The position numbers were made by a program, and so were the translations under genes. Of a stretch of 64,000 bases of DNA, positions 53,160 to 62,157 are shown in pieces. Source of the stretch: an uncultured Candidatus Saccharibacteria bacterium (lineage in GTDB: Bacteria; Patescibacteriota; Saccharimonadia; Saccharimonadales; JAUPVS01); the NCBI GenBank assembly GCA_964410185.1, contig CAYPFM010000002.1:134047-198046 (forward strand), in the 5' to 3' direction. A model generated the notes under the pieces. It did not search any database, was not told the origin of the DNA, and saw only the letters and a list, made by a program, of their open reading frames with translations. Numbering within the stretch: position 1 is the stretch's first letter; each line of letters opens with the position of its first letter.

Positions 53160-54371
53160 CTAAAACAGCTTGGAGTATTCAGCCGCCGGCACCAGTAGCA
53201 TCGCCCGCAGCTGAATCATGCCGTCTAGCTCAAGCAGTTCGCTGGGGTATTGCGGCATCTTGTCGACTGTTCCCTGCAAGGTGCTCAGTACTCTTTTGGT
53301 GAAAACTGGATCCTGGTTGAGGTCAGCTATTTTGAGTAAGTTTCTGAAGAAAATGGCGTCGAACGCGGGGTTATGGAGCAAGGCTCCCTGGTTGAGCCGA
53401 TCGAGGGCCAGGTTAGAAAAGTCTACGGCGGTTTGCAAGGAGTACTTGTCGGGCATTAGCTGGCTCATGTCAGCCATTGCACCTGCGGCAACCCCCTGGA
53501 CATAGGTGTATTTACTGGTGTCGTAGGTTTGATCAGCGCGCATATTGTCATGGAAGACGCCCACCGCTTGATCCTTGCGTTCAAGCATCCAACTGAAGAT
53601 TTCCTCAATCTTGGGTAAGTAGGCCGGGTTGCCGGTGTGTTGATATAAGGCCGCACCCAACTGTACGGCCGGAGCATTAGAAACCATTGCCCTGCTGTGA
53701 TTTTTGGCGTCAAGCCATTGGACCTGCCAGAAGATACCACCTTGTTGCTTGTCCCATTCCTGGTAGGCTAAGTCGAATATTTGCTCGGCTCGTTTGAGCT
53801 GGTTCGGGTCTCCATCGGCATTATAGGCTTGGATATGAATCAAGCCCATCCACAGATTGTCGTCAACATAGCGTTCAGGTTTGCCAAAGTTCGTGCTGTT
53901 GATGCTTGCGTTGTAGCCTGGCTGGTTGGTGCCCGCGCCATCATCCCAATAGCTATCAGTTGCGCCAAGGCTAGACCTAAATTTAGCCCCATACTCTGCT
54001 TCATGCCCAGGTGTCAGTGAGACGATGTGCAGAGCCGATAGAGCCTGGGAATGTGCCCAAACCTGCGCATAGTCGCCGGTTGTCTCGTTCATGAATAGGC
54101 CATTGCCGACTTCGTACTCCTCAAGGTATTCAAAGGAAGTTGGATCCGGTGCTTCGCCAAGAACGTGCTCGATGTTAGCCTGTGCGAGTTGGCCGTAGGC
54201 AGCAAGCCGCTCAGCATTAAACATCCCCGTAGCTAAAAGCCCGGACATGCCAAGTGCGGCTACTTTAAGCGGCCATCGTCGCTTGGTGTTAGCCTCTACT
54301 GCTGCCACTTCCGCAAGACCGGTCTCGACAGGTGGCTGCGCGAACTCCACGCTCGTTTCTGAAAGGGCCAT
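53160..54371 (-). CDS. Glycoside hydrolase family 76-like (alpha-1,6-mannanase fold), membrane/secretion-anchored
   Basis: 403 aa; RYVDDNLWMGLIHIQAY (adjacent Asp-Asp), QQGGIFWQVQW, SNAPAVQLGAALYQHTGNPAYL; N-terminal KRRWPLKVAALGMSGLLATGMF. Confidence 0.65.
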   Translation of the reverse strand: MALSETSVEFAQPPVETGLAEVAAVEANTKRRWPLKVAALGMSGLLATGMFNAERLAAYGQLAQANIEHVLGEAPDPTSFEYLEEYEVGNGLFMNETTGDYAQVWAHSQALSALHIVSLTPGHEAEYGAKFRSSLGATDSYWDDGAGTNQPGYNASINSTNFGKPERYVDDNLWMGLIHIQAYNADGDPNQLKRAEQIFDLAYQEWDKQQGGIFWQVQWLDAKNHSRAMVSNAPAVQLGAALYQHTGNPAYLPKIEEIFSWMLERKDQAVGVFHDNMRADQTYDTSKYTYVQGVAAGAMADMSQLMPDKYSLQTAVDFSNLALDRLNQGALLHNPAFDAIFFRNLLKIADLNQDPVFTKRVLSTLQGTVDKMPQYPSELLELDGMIQLRAMLLVPAAEYSKLF

Positions 54372-54433
54372 GTAGGCATCTTAGTAGGGTGATATCTATC
54401 ACACAAGTATTAAATGCGGAGGGTTCCTGCTCA

Positions 54434-55039
54434 CTACATTATTGGTTTGCCAAAAAGATTAAAAACGCGCGAGCAGTAAACTCCAGTGTTCATTTTGGCT
54501 GGATCGGGGCTGCTAAAGGCGGTGGTATTGCCGAACATGCACTCAACTTTGCCAATTTGCTTTTGGTAGGTGGCGTCGGACTGATAGTCGATGCCGTCGT
54601 TCAGGCTGCTAACAAGCTTCACTAAGGAAGTGTAGGGCTGCCCATCATTGGAGTACTCCCCTTGCCAGCCGTTGGTTTGCAGGAGGGCCTGGAGCTTGGC
54701 GGCGTTCGCTGCTAGAGCCTGCTTTTCCGCGCTACCCGTAGGAATATCCCGGCTAAGATTATCCGTGTAACTACAGAACACTTGTATCTTGAAGCCACTG
54801 GCGAACACGGTGTGACAGCCGGTCCCAGCTATAACGGGCTGAGAATCTTGGTAGCCCAGCAACTTCAGCGGATCTTGCAGTTTACGAGCTTCGTTTTGGT
54901 ACGTTATTTGGGCGGAATTGCCATACACTGCTTCGACTGCACGCGGCGCAACGGTCATCCGCAGCCAGCCTCTTGAGAGGTATAGAATTGCGCAAGAAAG
55001 AAGCACGGTAGAAAGGATCAACAGCAGGTTTTTCTTCAT
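54434..55039 (-). CDS. Hypothetical secreted protein
   Basis: Start MKKNLLLILSTVLLSCAILYLS (signal/anchor). No motif recognised. Confidence 0.45.
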   Translation of the reverse strand: MKKNLLLILSTVLLSCAILYLSRGWLRMTVAPRAVEAVYGNSAQITYQNEARKLQDPLKLLGYQDSQPVIAGTGCHTVFASGFKIQVFCSYTDNLSRDIPTGSAEKQALAANAAKLQALLQTNGWQGEYSNDGQPYTSLVKLVSSLNDGIDYQSDATYQKQIGKVECMFGNTTAFSSPDPAKMNTGVYCSRVFNLFGKPIM

Positions 55040-55228
55040 TTTGTTATTGTAGCAAGAAGGACCTCGAATTGGTCTCATATTTTGTTAACTCGGGATGACC
55101 GCTATGACAGCTTCTGCATCAAGGAATCTCATACGGCTTGTTGTTCTTGAATAATACAGGCCAGAATTTCGGACATATATAAACAGGCATCTGTAAAACG
55201 AGGTTCACCGCAGTGCCGGTGCTGCGAG

Positions 55229-55774
55229 CTATTCAATCGAGCGCAGTAGGTAGAGCCAATAACTATACATTGATGTCAGCCTGCCAAAGTGCAAAACATA
55301 GTGCTTTCTAACCGACCGCTTGACATGCCGCAGCGGCAACAAGAACAGCAATTGGGCCTCATCATCCTGGGGCTTAAATTCAGTATCCTCGGGGATCTGT
55401 GCGGAGTAGGAATAAATAAAGGCCTTCATGTAGTACTTGCGGCCATGTTTTTTGTAGCTATGGTTGAACTTCATTTTGCCAACAAATTTTAGGTCTCCTG
55501 CAGACAGGACTATGCCGGTCTCTTCCTTGGTTTCACGAATAATTGCTTGTTCGGGTGTCTCTCCAGCTTTTACACTGCCACCGACGGACACTTCGATTTC
55601 ACCGGGATGATAATCTAATCGATCACTGCGTTTTTGCATGACGATCTTTTTTGAGGGTGTATATAAGATTACATGAACGCCCCGTGTCCAAAGTCCATTC
55701 TGCCTAACTTCATCATATGTTGCAGTTTTGTGTAATGGGTTTTCGTCTTTATCGAGAATGTCCAGTATATCCAT
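55229..55774 (-). CDS. NUDIX hydrolase
   Basis: 181 aa; Nudix box GGSVKAGETPEQAIIRETKEETGI. Confidence 0.85.
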   Translation of the reverse strand: MDILDILDKDENPLHKTATYDEVRQNGLWTRGVHVILYTPSKKIVMQKRSDRLDYHPGEIEVSVGGSVKAGETPEQAIIRETKEETGIVLSAGDLKFVGKMKFNHSYKKHGRKYYMKAFIYSYSAQIPEDTEFKPQDDEAQLLFLLPLRHVKRSVRKHYVLHFGRLTSMYSYWLYLLRSIE

Positions 55775-55856
55775 CTAGAACATCATAACAAACAACTTGA
55801 GGAGGAGTCTTATGTATTGGTTATGTTTGGCTCTCGCTAGTGGGTGTACTTCGGAA

Positions 55857-56372
55857 CTATGGAAGCGATACTTCGGCTGTGTCTTTGACCGCAGTTCCGT
55901 CAAATTCAATAATACTTACTCTGTCTAAGTTGCCATTAATAGAAAAGTTCTGACCGATTTGTTCAACGAGCGCGGTCATTTCTCTTTTGCTGCCGGAGCC
56001 AATTGTAAGATGGGGTATGAATGGTATGTCAGATCGCAATTCACTTTCTAGAGCACCTTGGTATAACACGTCGTGCAGCTGTTTGACTTCATTGAATCCA
56101 TTCGATGGGACGAGAAAGGCATGAAACAGGTCTTTTGAATCGTTTCCAACGACCTTTGTTGAATCAAGGATGATGGGAAATGAGCTAAAGGCAGTCAGGC
56201 TGTTTTGAACGTGTTCAATAAACTCATTCTGACTCAACTTTTCAGTGCCAAAAACTAGTGTGACATGAGGCTTGACTAGGTCAAATTGCTGGTCATGCTT
56301 CTTGCGAATACTTTGAAGCCAGTCATAGTCGGGTTCGCTCAGATTTGGATACGCAATTACTAAGTAGGCCAT
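55857..56372 (-). CDS. 2H phosphoesterase superfamily protein (LigT / 2'-5' RNA ligase-like)
   Basis: 171 aa; two HxTx motifs (PHVTLVF and PHLTIGS). Confidence 0.75.
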   Translation of the reverse strand: MAYLVIAYPNLSEPDYDWLQSIRKKHDQQFDLVKPHVTLVFGTEKLSQNEFIEHVQNSLTAFSSFPIILDSTKVVGNDSKDLFHAFLVPSNGFNEVKQLHDVLYQGALESELRSDIPFIPHLTIGSGSKREMTALVEQIGQNFSINGNLDRVSIIEFDGTAVKDTAEVSLP

Positions 56373-56427
56373 TGCTTAATCATAGCAAAACAGTTCAAAA
56401 ATCGTCCGCTACGGGTAACCCAAAATA

Positions 56428-56453
56428 TTAACGGAGATTTTCATCTCTGTTAA
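56428..56453 (-). terminator. Possible terminator hairpin downstream of the tRNA-Asn-derived fragment
   Basis: ttaacggaga-ttttca-tctctgttaa (10-bp arms). On the minus strand it is followed by UAUUUU but has one A-C mismatch. Confidence 0.35.
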
Positions 56454-56477
56454 TCCAGTTCGAGATTTGGCTCCCGG

Positions 56478-56610
56478 GGCCGGGTAACCACCTGGCTGCA
56501 GCCATGCTCGGAATGAATTCCTGTGCGTGGCCTTGCCGACCGCACCGACAACCTCCTGCCAGCAAGCTGTCAGGGTTGTCTTGATTCAAGTCCATCCCAG
56601 AAATCAAAAT
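56478..56610 (-). pseudogene. tRNA-Asn-derived fragment: duplicated 3' acceptor end and variable/T-stem segment separated by a 66-nt insert
   Basis: 15-nt atttggctcccgggg at 56475-89 equals 56653-67. 12-nt accgacaacctc at 56554-65 equals 56678-89. No 5' half is present. Confidence 0.5.
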
Positions 56611-56655
56611 GTCCAGCAATGACACTGCGGTCATTTCTGGACATTTGGCTCCCGG
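56611..56655 (-). terminator. Rho-independent terminator immediately after tRNA-Asn
   Basis: Minus RNA: AAUGUCCAG-A-AAUGAC-cgcagu-GUCAUU-G-CUGGACAUU followed by UUGAUUU. Confidence 0.75.
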
Positions 56656-56730
56656 GGTCGGATTCGAACCGACAACCTCGAAGTTAACAGCTTCTTGCTC
56701 CACCATTGAGCTACCCGGGATTATTTAATT
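56656..56730 (-). tRNA. tRNA-Asn (anticodon GTT), CCA encoded
   Basis: Reverse complement is tcccgggtagctcaatggtggagcaagaagCTGTTAActtcgaggttgtcggttcgaatccgaccccgggagcca. The full cloverleaf fits; 75 nt. Confidence 0.95.
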
Positions 56731-56791
56731 GTGTAAAGGACTCGCTTATTCTAGCGATTTACTCTGTAAATGTAAATATGAAGTCGTGTTA

Positions 56792-57661
56792 TTAGGCTTG
56801 GGCAGCCGTGAGGGCGACTGCGTAGTCGAGGGTTCGGATTTGGGCAGCCTGGATTTCGGCTTCGGTGGCGTTGGGACCCATCCGTTGACGAACAACCTCA
56901 TTGCCGGCAATGAGCTGACCCAGTGCGTCGGCGGTCTCTTGGTTGGACAGGTCGATTGGCAGAGCGGCTTCGGGTTGTTTTACGGTGATAGTGCTGGTGG
57001 TGGTCGGTGCTTCAAATACGGTCGTGGCTGTGGTTGGGGCTTGGGTAATCGGTTGGGTATCGCCGCTGCCGCCTTGTGTGGCCAGCGCCCCGCCCATGAG
57101 CGCCAGGCCAGCTAGGGCGACGGCGCCAACTGCTTTACGCACCGGCATTGTCGAGCTATGGAGTCGTTCACTAAACCGTTCACGAAAGCGTGCAAAGCGA
57201 CTCTGTTGTTGCGGTTGCTGATAGCGCTGATGCGGTGTCTGACTGTATCTGTTGACGATTTCTTGCAGGCCGGCGTTGAAGGCGTCGATATCGACTTCCA
57301 CGGATGGCTTTGTTTTGGTGGTAAATTCGGGGAAAAGGTATCCGCTGATCTCGACGTTGGCCTTTTTGATTGGCGTCAACGGCGGCAGGTAGTCACCAAA
57401 AATCACTGCGGATTCGGAATCCCCCGCGTCCTGCGTAATGACTGCTCCCTTACCGCGAAGATCAATATCAAGCTCAATACCGGCGCCGTGCAGCGCGCGC
57501 AAGGCAGCGGCTTGTTGTGCGTTGTTGAGGCGGTGTTCGGCCAGCTTGGCTTCCCTGTCGGCCTGAACCTGCGACTGGTTACGTGCAACCAGTTTATCCA
57601 ATTCGTTCTCACCAAATTGTTCGGGGTTATCGATCATAAGCATTTCCCGATATAATAACAC
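56792..57661 (-). CDS. Hypothetical protein with one TM segment
   Basis: 289-aa intact ORF; central hydrophobic AVGAVALAGLALMGGALA. No motif recognised. Confidence 0.45.
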   Translation of the reverse strand: MLLYREMLMIDNPEQFGENELDKLVARNQSQVQADREAKLAEHRLNNAQQAAALRALHGAGIELDIDLRGKGAVITQDAGDSESAVIFGDYLPPLTPIKKANVEISGYLFPEFTTKTKPSVEVDIDAFNAGLQEIVNRYSQTPHQRYQQPQQQSRFARFRERFSERLHSSTMPVRKAVGAVALAGLALMGGALATQGGSGDTQPITQAPTTATTVFEAPTTTSTITVKQPEAALPIDLSNQETADALGQLIAGNEVVRQRMGPNATEAEIQAAQIRTLDYAVALTAAQA

Positions 57662-57698
57662 AGAACAAGCACAAGCGCAAACTAATTTCGGTGGTCAA

Positions 57699-58151
57699 TT
57701 AGCTATCCAACTGTCGGATCGATCGTTTTTCGTCACGCTGTTTGAGCGCCTGGCGTTTGTCGTAGTTTTTCTTACCTTTACCAATAGCAATGCGTAGTTT
57801 AATATAGCGTCCACGCGTTAGGACTTCGGTGGGAACTATGGTGCGACCCTGGTCTTTGGCGGCCATGAGGGCGCTGATTTCGCGCTTTTTGGCGAGCAGC
57901 TTGCGGCTGCGTACTTGCTCGTTTTCGTCCAGGCTGACCCCTGGTACGCTGGTGATGGTGGCGTTAACCAGCCACAATTCACCGTCCTTAACATTTACAA
58001 ATGAACCCCGTAAATGACCGTGCCCCATTCTGAGGGCTTTGGTCTCGCGACCATTCAGAACCATGCCCACCACAAAATCATCGCCAAGCTCGTAATCAAA
58101 GCGGGCGCGACGATTCTGAATTTTGCCGGTGGCTGGCTTTTTCTTCTTCAT
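57699..58151 (-). CDS. smpB: SsrA-binding protein
   Basis: 150 aa; NRRARFDYELGDDFVVGMVLNGRETKALR...LLAKKREI. Confidence 0.93.
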   Translation of the reverse strand: MKKKKPATGKIQNRRARFDYELGDDFVVGMVLNGRETKALRMGHGHLRGSFVNVKDGELWLVNATITSVPGVSLDENEQVRSRKLLAKKREISALMAAKDQGRTIVPTEVLTRGRYIKLRIAIGKGKKNYDKRQALKQRDEKRSIRQLDS

Positions 58152-58175
58152 GCCAGTATTGTACCGGATAACTGC

Positions 58176-59372
58176 TTATAATTCTCGGTAAGTGTTGGCG
58201 TTTTGGTTCTTTTTAACGGCATCTTTGACGACATTCCAGAGCCGATCATCGTGACCGGTAGTTTTACGCCAGTACCACCACTCGGCGCCCCACAGGTCGA
58301 TAGTTTTTAGGCCGGTGGCTTCGGCGAAATCAATCCGGTCTTTTAAGCGTTCTGGGCTAAGAGACTTATCTTGTTCGCTGACTGGAGCGGTGAGCATGTT
58401 GTAGCCTTCAGGCAGCCATGGTTCGGCTTGTAGCTCGTGAATGATCATGTCGTTGCCGTTGACGATTTTGCCGGCTCCAGCCAAGAAGGCGTAGAACCAG
58501 GCTGGGAAAGGAAATTCGTAGTAGCGACGGGTCAAGGTTTTGTCCCAGACGCGTTTGTAGACAGAGACGCCAGAAATATCTGGTTTGGGCGCGTAAATTG
58601 GAATACCAATCGCGTTGTTGCTGCGACTGACCACGACTGGATGGTTGGGGTCGGCTTGCTTGACGAAATTGTACTCGTCGACCAGGCGTTCGCGAGTAAA
58701 GTCAGGACAAATGCCAAAGACCTTTAAGAAATACTCGTTTTCGAGCTGATACGATTCGAGGGCCGGACTGTCTTTATAGCGCTCAATCACCTTGCCCATG
58801 GCCACTTTGAGGTCTTGTGACCACTGGTCTTTGGGTGTTTGAGCGGCCCAATCGGGCATATGACACTCTGGCCAGCGTGGTTGCCGCAAGCCCAGCGCCA
58901 ACGACACCTTGGTTTTGCTGGCCTCAGCCATCTTGAACTGCCAGTCGAGCTCATCAAAGTTGAAGTTGCCTTTGGTGGGTTCGATATCGTTCCAGTAGCT
59001 GACTAGCCGAATGTGGCGTAACCCGGCGTCGTAGATAAGGGCATGCAAGGTATCTTGCGGATCCAAACCATAGTACCGGGCGTATTCTGGTATGAAGGTA
59101 GCGCCGAGCTGAATTGGTTGGTTCTGGTGTGTGTAGATGTACCAGCGGGCAATACCATACATAACACCGGTAAAAAACATAATGATAGCAATCAGGATGG
59201 CAAGGATTTTTTGCCAGATACGGAGTTGATGCCACCAAAAGCTGGGCTTCAGGACTGCCAACTTCTCGAAATGGTGCAATAGCCGGGTGCGATAACGGGC
59301 TTCGTTGGCACCCCACTGTCGCCGGTAAAACGGTCGATTAGATTTGGTTTTCGGTTTCTTCTTAGTTGACAT
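58176..59372 (-). CDS. Membrane-anchored TIM-barrel glycoside hydrolase-like protein (GH5/cellulase-like)
   Basis: 398 aa; TM; IRLVSYWNDIEPTKGNFNFDELDW and YQLENEYF (an NE acid/base-type motif). Confidence 0.5.
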   Translation of the reverse strand: MSTKKKPKTKSNRPFYRRQWGANEARYRTRLLHHFEKLAVLKPSFWWHQLRIWQKILAILIAIIMFFTGVMYGIARWYIYTHQNQPIQLGATFIPEYARYYGLDPQDTLHALIYDAGLRHIRLVSYWNDIEPTKGNFNFDELDWQFKMAEASKTKVSLALGLRQPRWPECHMPDWAAQTPKDQWSQDLKVAMGKVIERYKDSPALESYQLENEYFLKVFGICPDFTRERLVDEYNFVKQADPNHPVVVSRSNNAIGIPIYAPKPDISGVSVYKRVWDKTLTRRYYEFPFPAWFYAFLAGAGKIVNGNDMIIHELQAEPWLPEGYNMLTAPVSEQDKSLSPERLKDRIDFAEATGLKTIDLWGAEWWYWRKTTGHDDRLWNVVKDAVKKNQNANTYREL

Positions 59373-59470
59373 TTACCATAAGCCTTATAGCTCAGTAGTA
59401 TAACAGATTGGGCTACTGAGCACTATGGCTAGTGCGCTGGCCGCGCTTTCTGTTAAAATGGAGGTAACGA

Positions 59471-60331
59471 ATGAATAAATCAACTCTCCGAGTTTCGGTA
59501 TTCGTACCAGCGCATAACGAGGCAAAGTATATCGGCTCCTGCATAGATTCTTTGCTACGCCAAAGCGTTCCACCGTATGAGATTATTGTTGTCGACAATG
59601 GGTCGACCGATGATACGGCAAAAATCGTCTCTTCGTATGGCTCGGTTAAGCTGATTAAAGAGAAGAAGCCAGGCATCCTGGCAGCTCGTACGACCGGTTT
59701 TAACAGTGGTAAGGGAGATATAATCGCCCGACTTGACGCCGACTGCAAGGCCGATACCGACTGGATTGAACAAATCCAGCACAATTTTACCGAACATCCT
59801 CGCCTCGCCGCCGTTAGTGGACCGTTTTACTACTACGACATGCCGGCCCAGCAGTTTGGTCAGGCCATCGAAGCCTTTGTGCGCGGTGAGCTCGACCGAT
59901 TCTCCAAAAATGCCCAGTTCTTGGCCGGTGCCAACATGGCCATTCGGCGTAGTGCCTGGTTAGCGGTGGCGCCAAAACTCTGTCAGGACAAAACCATTCA
60001 CGAAGACCTGGATATCGCCATTCACTTGCAGCGGCTTCACTACTCAATTCGCTTTGACCCCCAGATGGTGGTTGGCACTTCCCTGCGCATCGTCGAGTCG
60101 AGCACTAAAACCCTGCACAGCTACCTCAAGGTTTACGAACACACCTACAACAGCCATGGCGTCCACAGCGTCTTACTAAAGGTCCCGATCATGGTCTACT
60201 TCCCACTAGCGCCAATTTTTAAGGTGGTGCGTCGTGTCTATAACCCAGTTACGAAGCGCTTGTCGCTTAAGCGCCTACTGTTCAGTACCGAAGTCGAAGA
60301 GCCAGTGCACAAACGGCGTCAAGTCGTCTAA
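59471..60331 (+). CDS. Glycosyltransferase family 2
   Basis: 286 aa; VSVFVPAHNEAKYIGSCIDSLLRQ, IIVVDNGSTDDT, ARLDADC. Confidence 0.88.
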   Translation: MNKSTLRVSVFVPAHNEAKYIGSCIDSLLRQSVPPYEIIVVDNGSTDDTAKIVSSYGSVKLIKEKKPGILAARTTGFNSGKGDIIARLDADCKADTDWIEQIQHNFTEHPRLAAVSGPFYYYDMPAQQFGQAIEAFVRGELDRFSKNAQFLAGANMAIRRSAWLAVAPKLCQDKTIHEDLDIAIHLQRLHYSIRFDPQMVVGTSLRIVESSTKTLHSYLKVYEHTYNSHGVHSVLLKVPIMVYFPLAPIFKVVRRVYNPVTKRLSLKRLLFSTEVEEPVHKRRQVV

Positions 60332-60882
60332 TTGGCGTTATTGGAGGTGTAGCCGCCGTACTTGTTGGCGGTCGGAGTGCAACTGCCCCACAGTCCTAGG
60401 TTTTGAGACTGCGCTTGTTTTTGATACCCCTTAAACTCCTCTAGCCTGGTAAACGGAAAACTGACGTAGGCAAAGCCGTAACCCTGTTTAATAATCTCGG
60501 CATTAATCAGCCGGCCGTCCGGAGTGTAGACATAGCGCAACAAGCGATTATAGCGGTCTCGGTTGGTATTGGTGGGGTCTTGCTCGAGCCGGACCGGATT
60601 GCTGCCAATCTGTTGTTTGGTAAATGCCGCCGCCGCGACCCCAAAACATTGCACTTGCTTGCGCGGGTCGTGGGTTTCGGGCGTATCGACACCAATCAAG
60701 CGCACCTTTTCTTTGGTGCCATTCATGTCGACTTCGATAGTGTCGCCGTCGATAAATTGTTTGACACTGTAGTAGCCGGGGGGTGTGGCTGGCTGCATCT
60801 TTTGTAGGTATTTTGCCGCTAACGGTATTATTGCCGCAATTAACAGCGTCACAACCAATCCAATTAGTTTCTTTTGGCTCAT
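60328..60882 (-). CDS. Thermonuclease (staphylococcal nuclease-like), membrane-anchored
   Basis: 184 aa; GDTIEVDMNGTKEKVRLIGVDTPET and RLLRYVY. Confidence 0.85.
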   Translation of the reverse strand: MSQKKLIGLVVTLLIAAIIPLAAKYLQKMQPATPPGYYSVKQFIDGDTIEVDMNGTKEKVRLIGVDTPETHDPRKQVQCFGVAAAAFTKQQIGSNPVRLEQDPTNTNRDRYNRLLRYVYTPDGRLINAEIIKQGYGFAYVSFPFTRLEEFKGYQKQAQSQNLGLWGSCTPTANKYGGYTSNNAN

Positions 60883-60898
60883 ACTACTAGTTTACGAG

Positions 60899-61408
60899 CT
60901 ACTTATTAAAAAGTAATGAACGAATGTAGTCTTGATTGATTTTGGTGCCGTCAATAATGATTGGTTTCTCATCTTCTGTTGGAGGTTCGATGATATCGGC
61001 AATACGATCGAACATCTCACTGGCGGTTTCGTTCTGTGGTACCAGATGGGCACGGTTTTCGTTGACCGCCCGCTCTTTGGCTAAAGTCTTAGGGGTTTGC
61101 ACCCACAACAAAACTGGTTCGGCGCCGGTGCGACGACAGATGTCGTATTTTTCTTGTCGGTGTTGGCGGCGGTTGAGGTTGGCATCATAGACAACATCTT
61201 TGCCTTCGGTAAGTAGCTCTTCGGTCGTCTGGTTGAGCTTTCGGTACAACAGCTCGTGTTCGGCAGGACTAAAGACCGGCTTAGGGGCGATTTCTAAACG
61301 CATTTTGTCGGATGAGATATGGACCGCGTCAGTCAACTGTTGGATAACCTGGGCGGCGGTGGTTTTGCCGGCACCGGGGTACCCCATCATCAGGTAGAGT
61401 TTTGGCAT
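60899..61408 (-). CDS. P-loop kinase-like ATP-binding protein (AAA_33 / zeta-toxin-like fold)
   Basis: 169 aa; Walker A GYPGAGKTT. Confidence 0.65.
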   Translation of the reverse strand: MPKLYLMMGYPGAGKTTAAQVIQQLTDAVHISSDKMRLEIAPKPVFSPAEHELLYRKLNQTTEELLTEGKDVVYDANLNRRQHRQEKYDICRRTGAEPVLLWVQTPKTLAKERAVNENRAHLVPQNETASEMFDRIADIIEPPTEDEKPIIIDGTKINQDYIRSLLFNK

Positions 61409-61433
61409 GTCTTAAGATTACGCCCCCAACTCA

Positions 61434-62153
61434 TTGACCGCAAGAAGAATTGAACAAAAGCTCAAAAAGTGGTATTATAAGCGTATGAAAGTTGGCGGTT
61501 TATCCCTCGAAGGAAATCCTCGGTTCGATCCGTATCACCTATTTGTAAGCTCGGTGCCATATATGATTGATGGGGCCCGTTTTGCGGCAGGTAACGAAGC
61601 CCATTCCTATCGAAACTTCTTGGTCGGGGCAGCCGTATTTGCCCTACAACCAGCTACCCAAGAAACGGATGTCTTTTTTAGCGGTAACCTTAAGGCGAGT
61701 CGTGGTAAGGAAAAAGTTTGTGCCGAAAAGAAAGCACTCAACAAGGCGCAAAAAGCCGGCTTTACTCGTGTGCTTGGCATTGCGGTGGTAGCCACAACTG
61801 ATCGCGCCAAAATCGAAGAAGTCACGCATATGCCAACGGCTACCCTCCATCCGTGCGATGATTGCTTGACCATGTTCGAGGGTCACTCGCAAGTACGCGA
61901 TGACACGCTGGTTGTGACGGCTGGGATTGACGTTGATATTTACGAGGTTCATACCCACAAAGAGTTGCACGATATAGCGGTGAATAATGAGTTTCCGGCC
62001 ACAGAACAGGTCTATCGTGGCCTCGATAATTGGCGGCAACGGGTAGATATGTACGACTATATGTTCTATGAGCAACAAAAGCTGGATGGCAGTAAGCGAA
62101 CGCCCTACGCTGAGCTGGCCCGCATTGCCTTGACAGCGCCGCTTCGGGGCTAG
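61434..62153 (+). CDS. Cytidine deaminase-like zinc-binding protein (start uncertain, possibly ATG 61485)
   Basis: SYRNFLVGAAV, VCAEKKAL (CAE zinc/catalytic motif), HPCDDCL (PCxxC). Confidence 0.5.
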   Translation: MTARRIEQKLKKWYYKRMKVGGLSLEGNPRFDPYHLFVSSVPYMIDGARFAAGNEAHSYRNFLVGAAVFALQPATQETDVFFSGNLKASRGKEKVCAEKKALNKAQKAGFTRVLGIAVVATTDRAKIEEVTHMPTATLHPCDDCLTMFEGHSQVRDDTLVVTAGIDVDIYEVHTHKELHDIAVNNEFPATEQVYRGLDNWRQRVDMYDYMFYEQQKLDGSKRTPYAELARIALTAPLRG

Positions 62154-62157
62154 TGAA

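Noticed and set aside
55813-55926. 37-codon plus-strand ORF with a strong GGAGGAG SD and a lipobox-like MYWLCLALASGC start.
   Set aside because: There is no positively charged n-region, the h-region is very short, and most of the ORF is antisense to the 3' end of the well-supported 2H-phosphoesterase gene. It is probably fortuitous.
56478-56610. tmRNA (ssrA) or SRP RNA candidate, considered because of the tRNA-like 3' end and the smpB gene 1 kb away.
   Set aside because: It is only ~130 nt and has no Ala-type G3-U70 acceptor or 5' partner strand. It has no tag reading frame, and no SRP helix-8 motif (GGAA/GNAR loop with AGCA bulges). The acceptor end is identical to tRNA-Asn, not tRNA-Ala.
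56428-56706. Track ORF of 92 aa (minus) across the tRNA-Asn region.
   Set aside because: It overlaps tRNA-Asn, two terminator hairpins and the tRNA-derived fragment. It is not coding.
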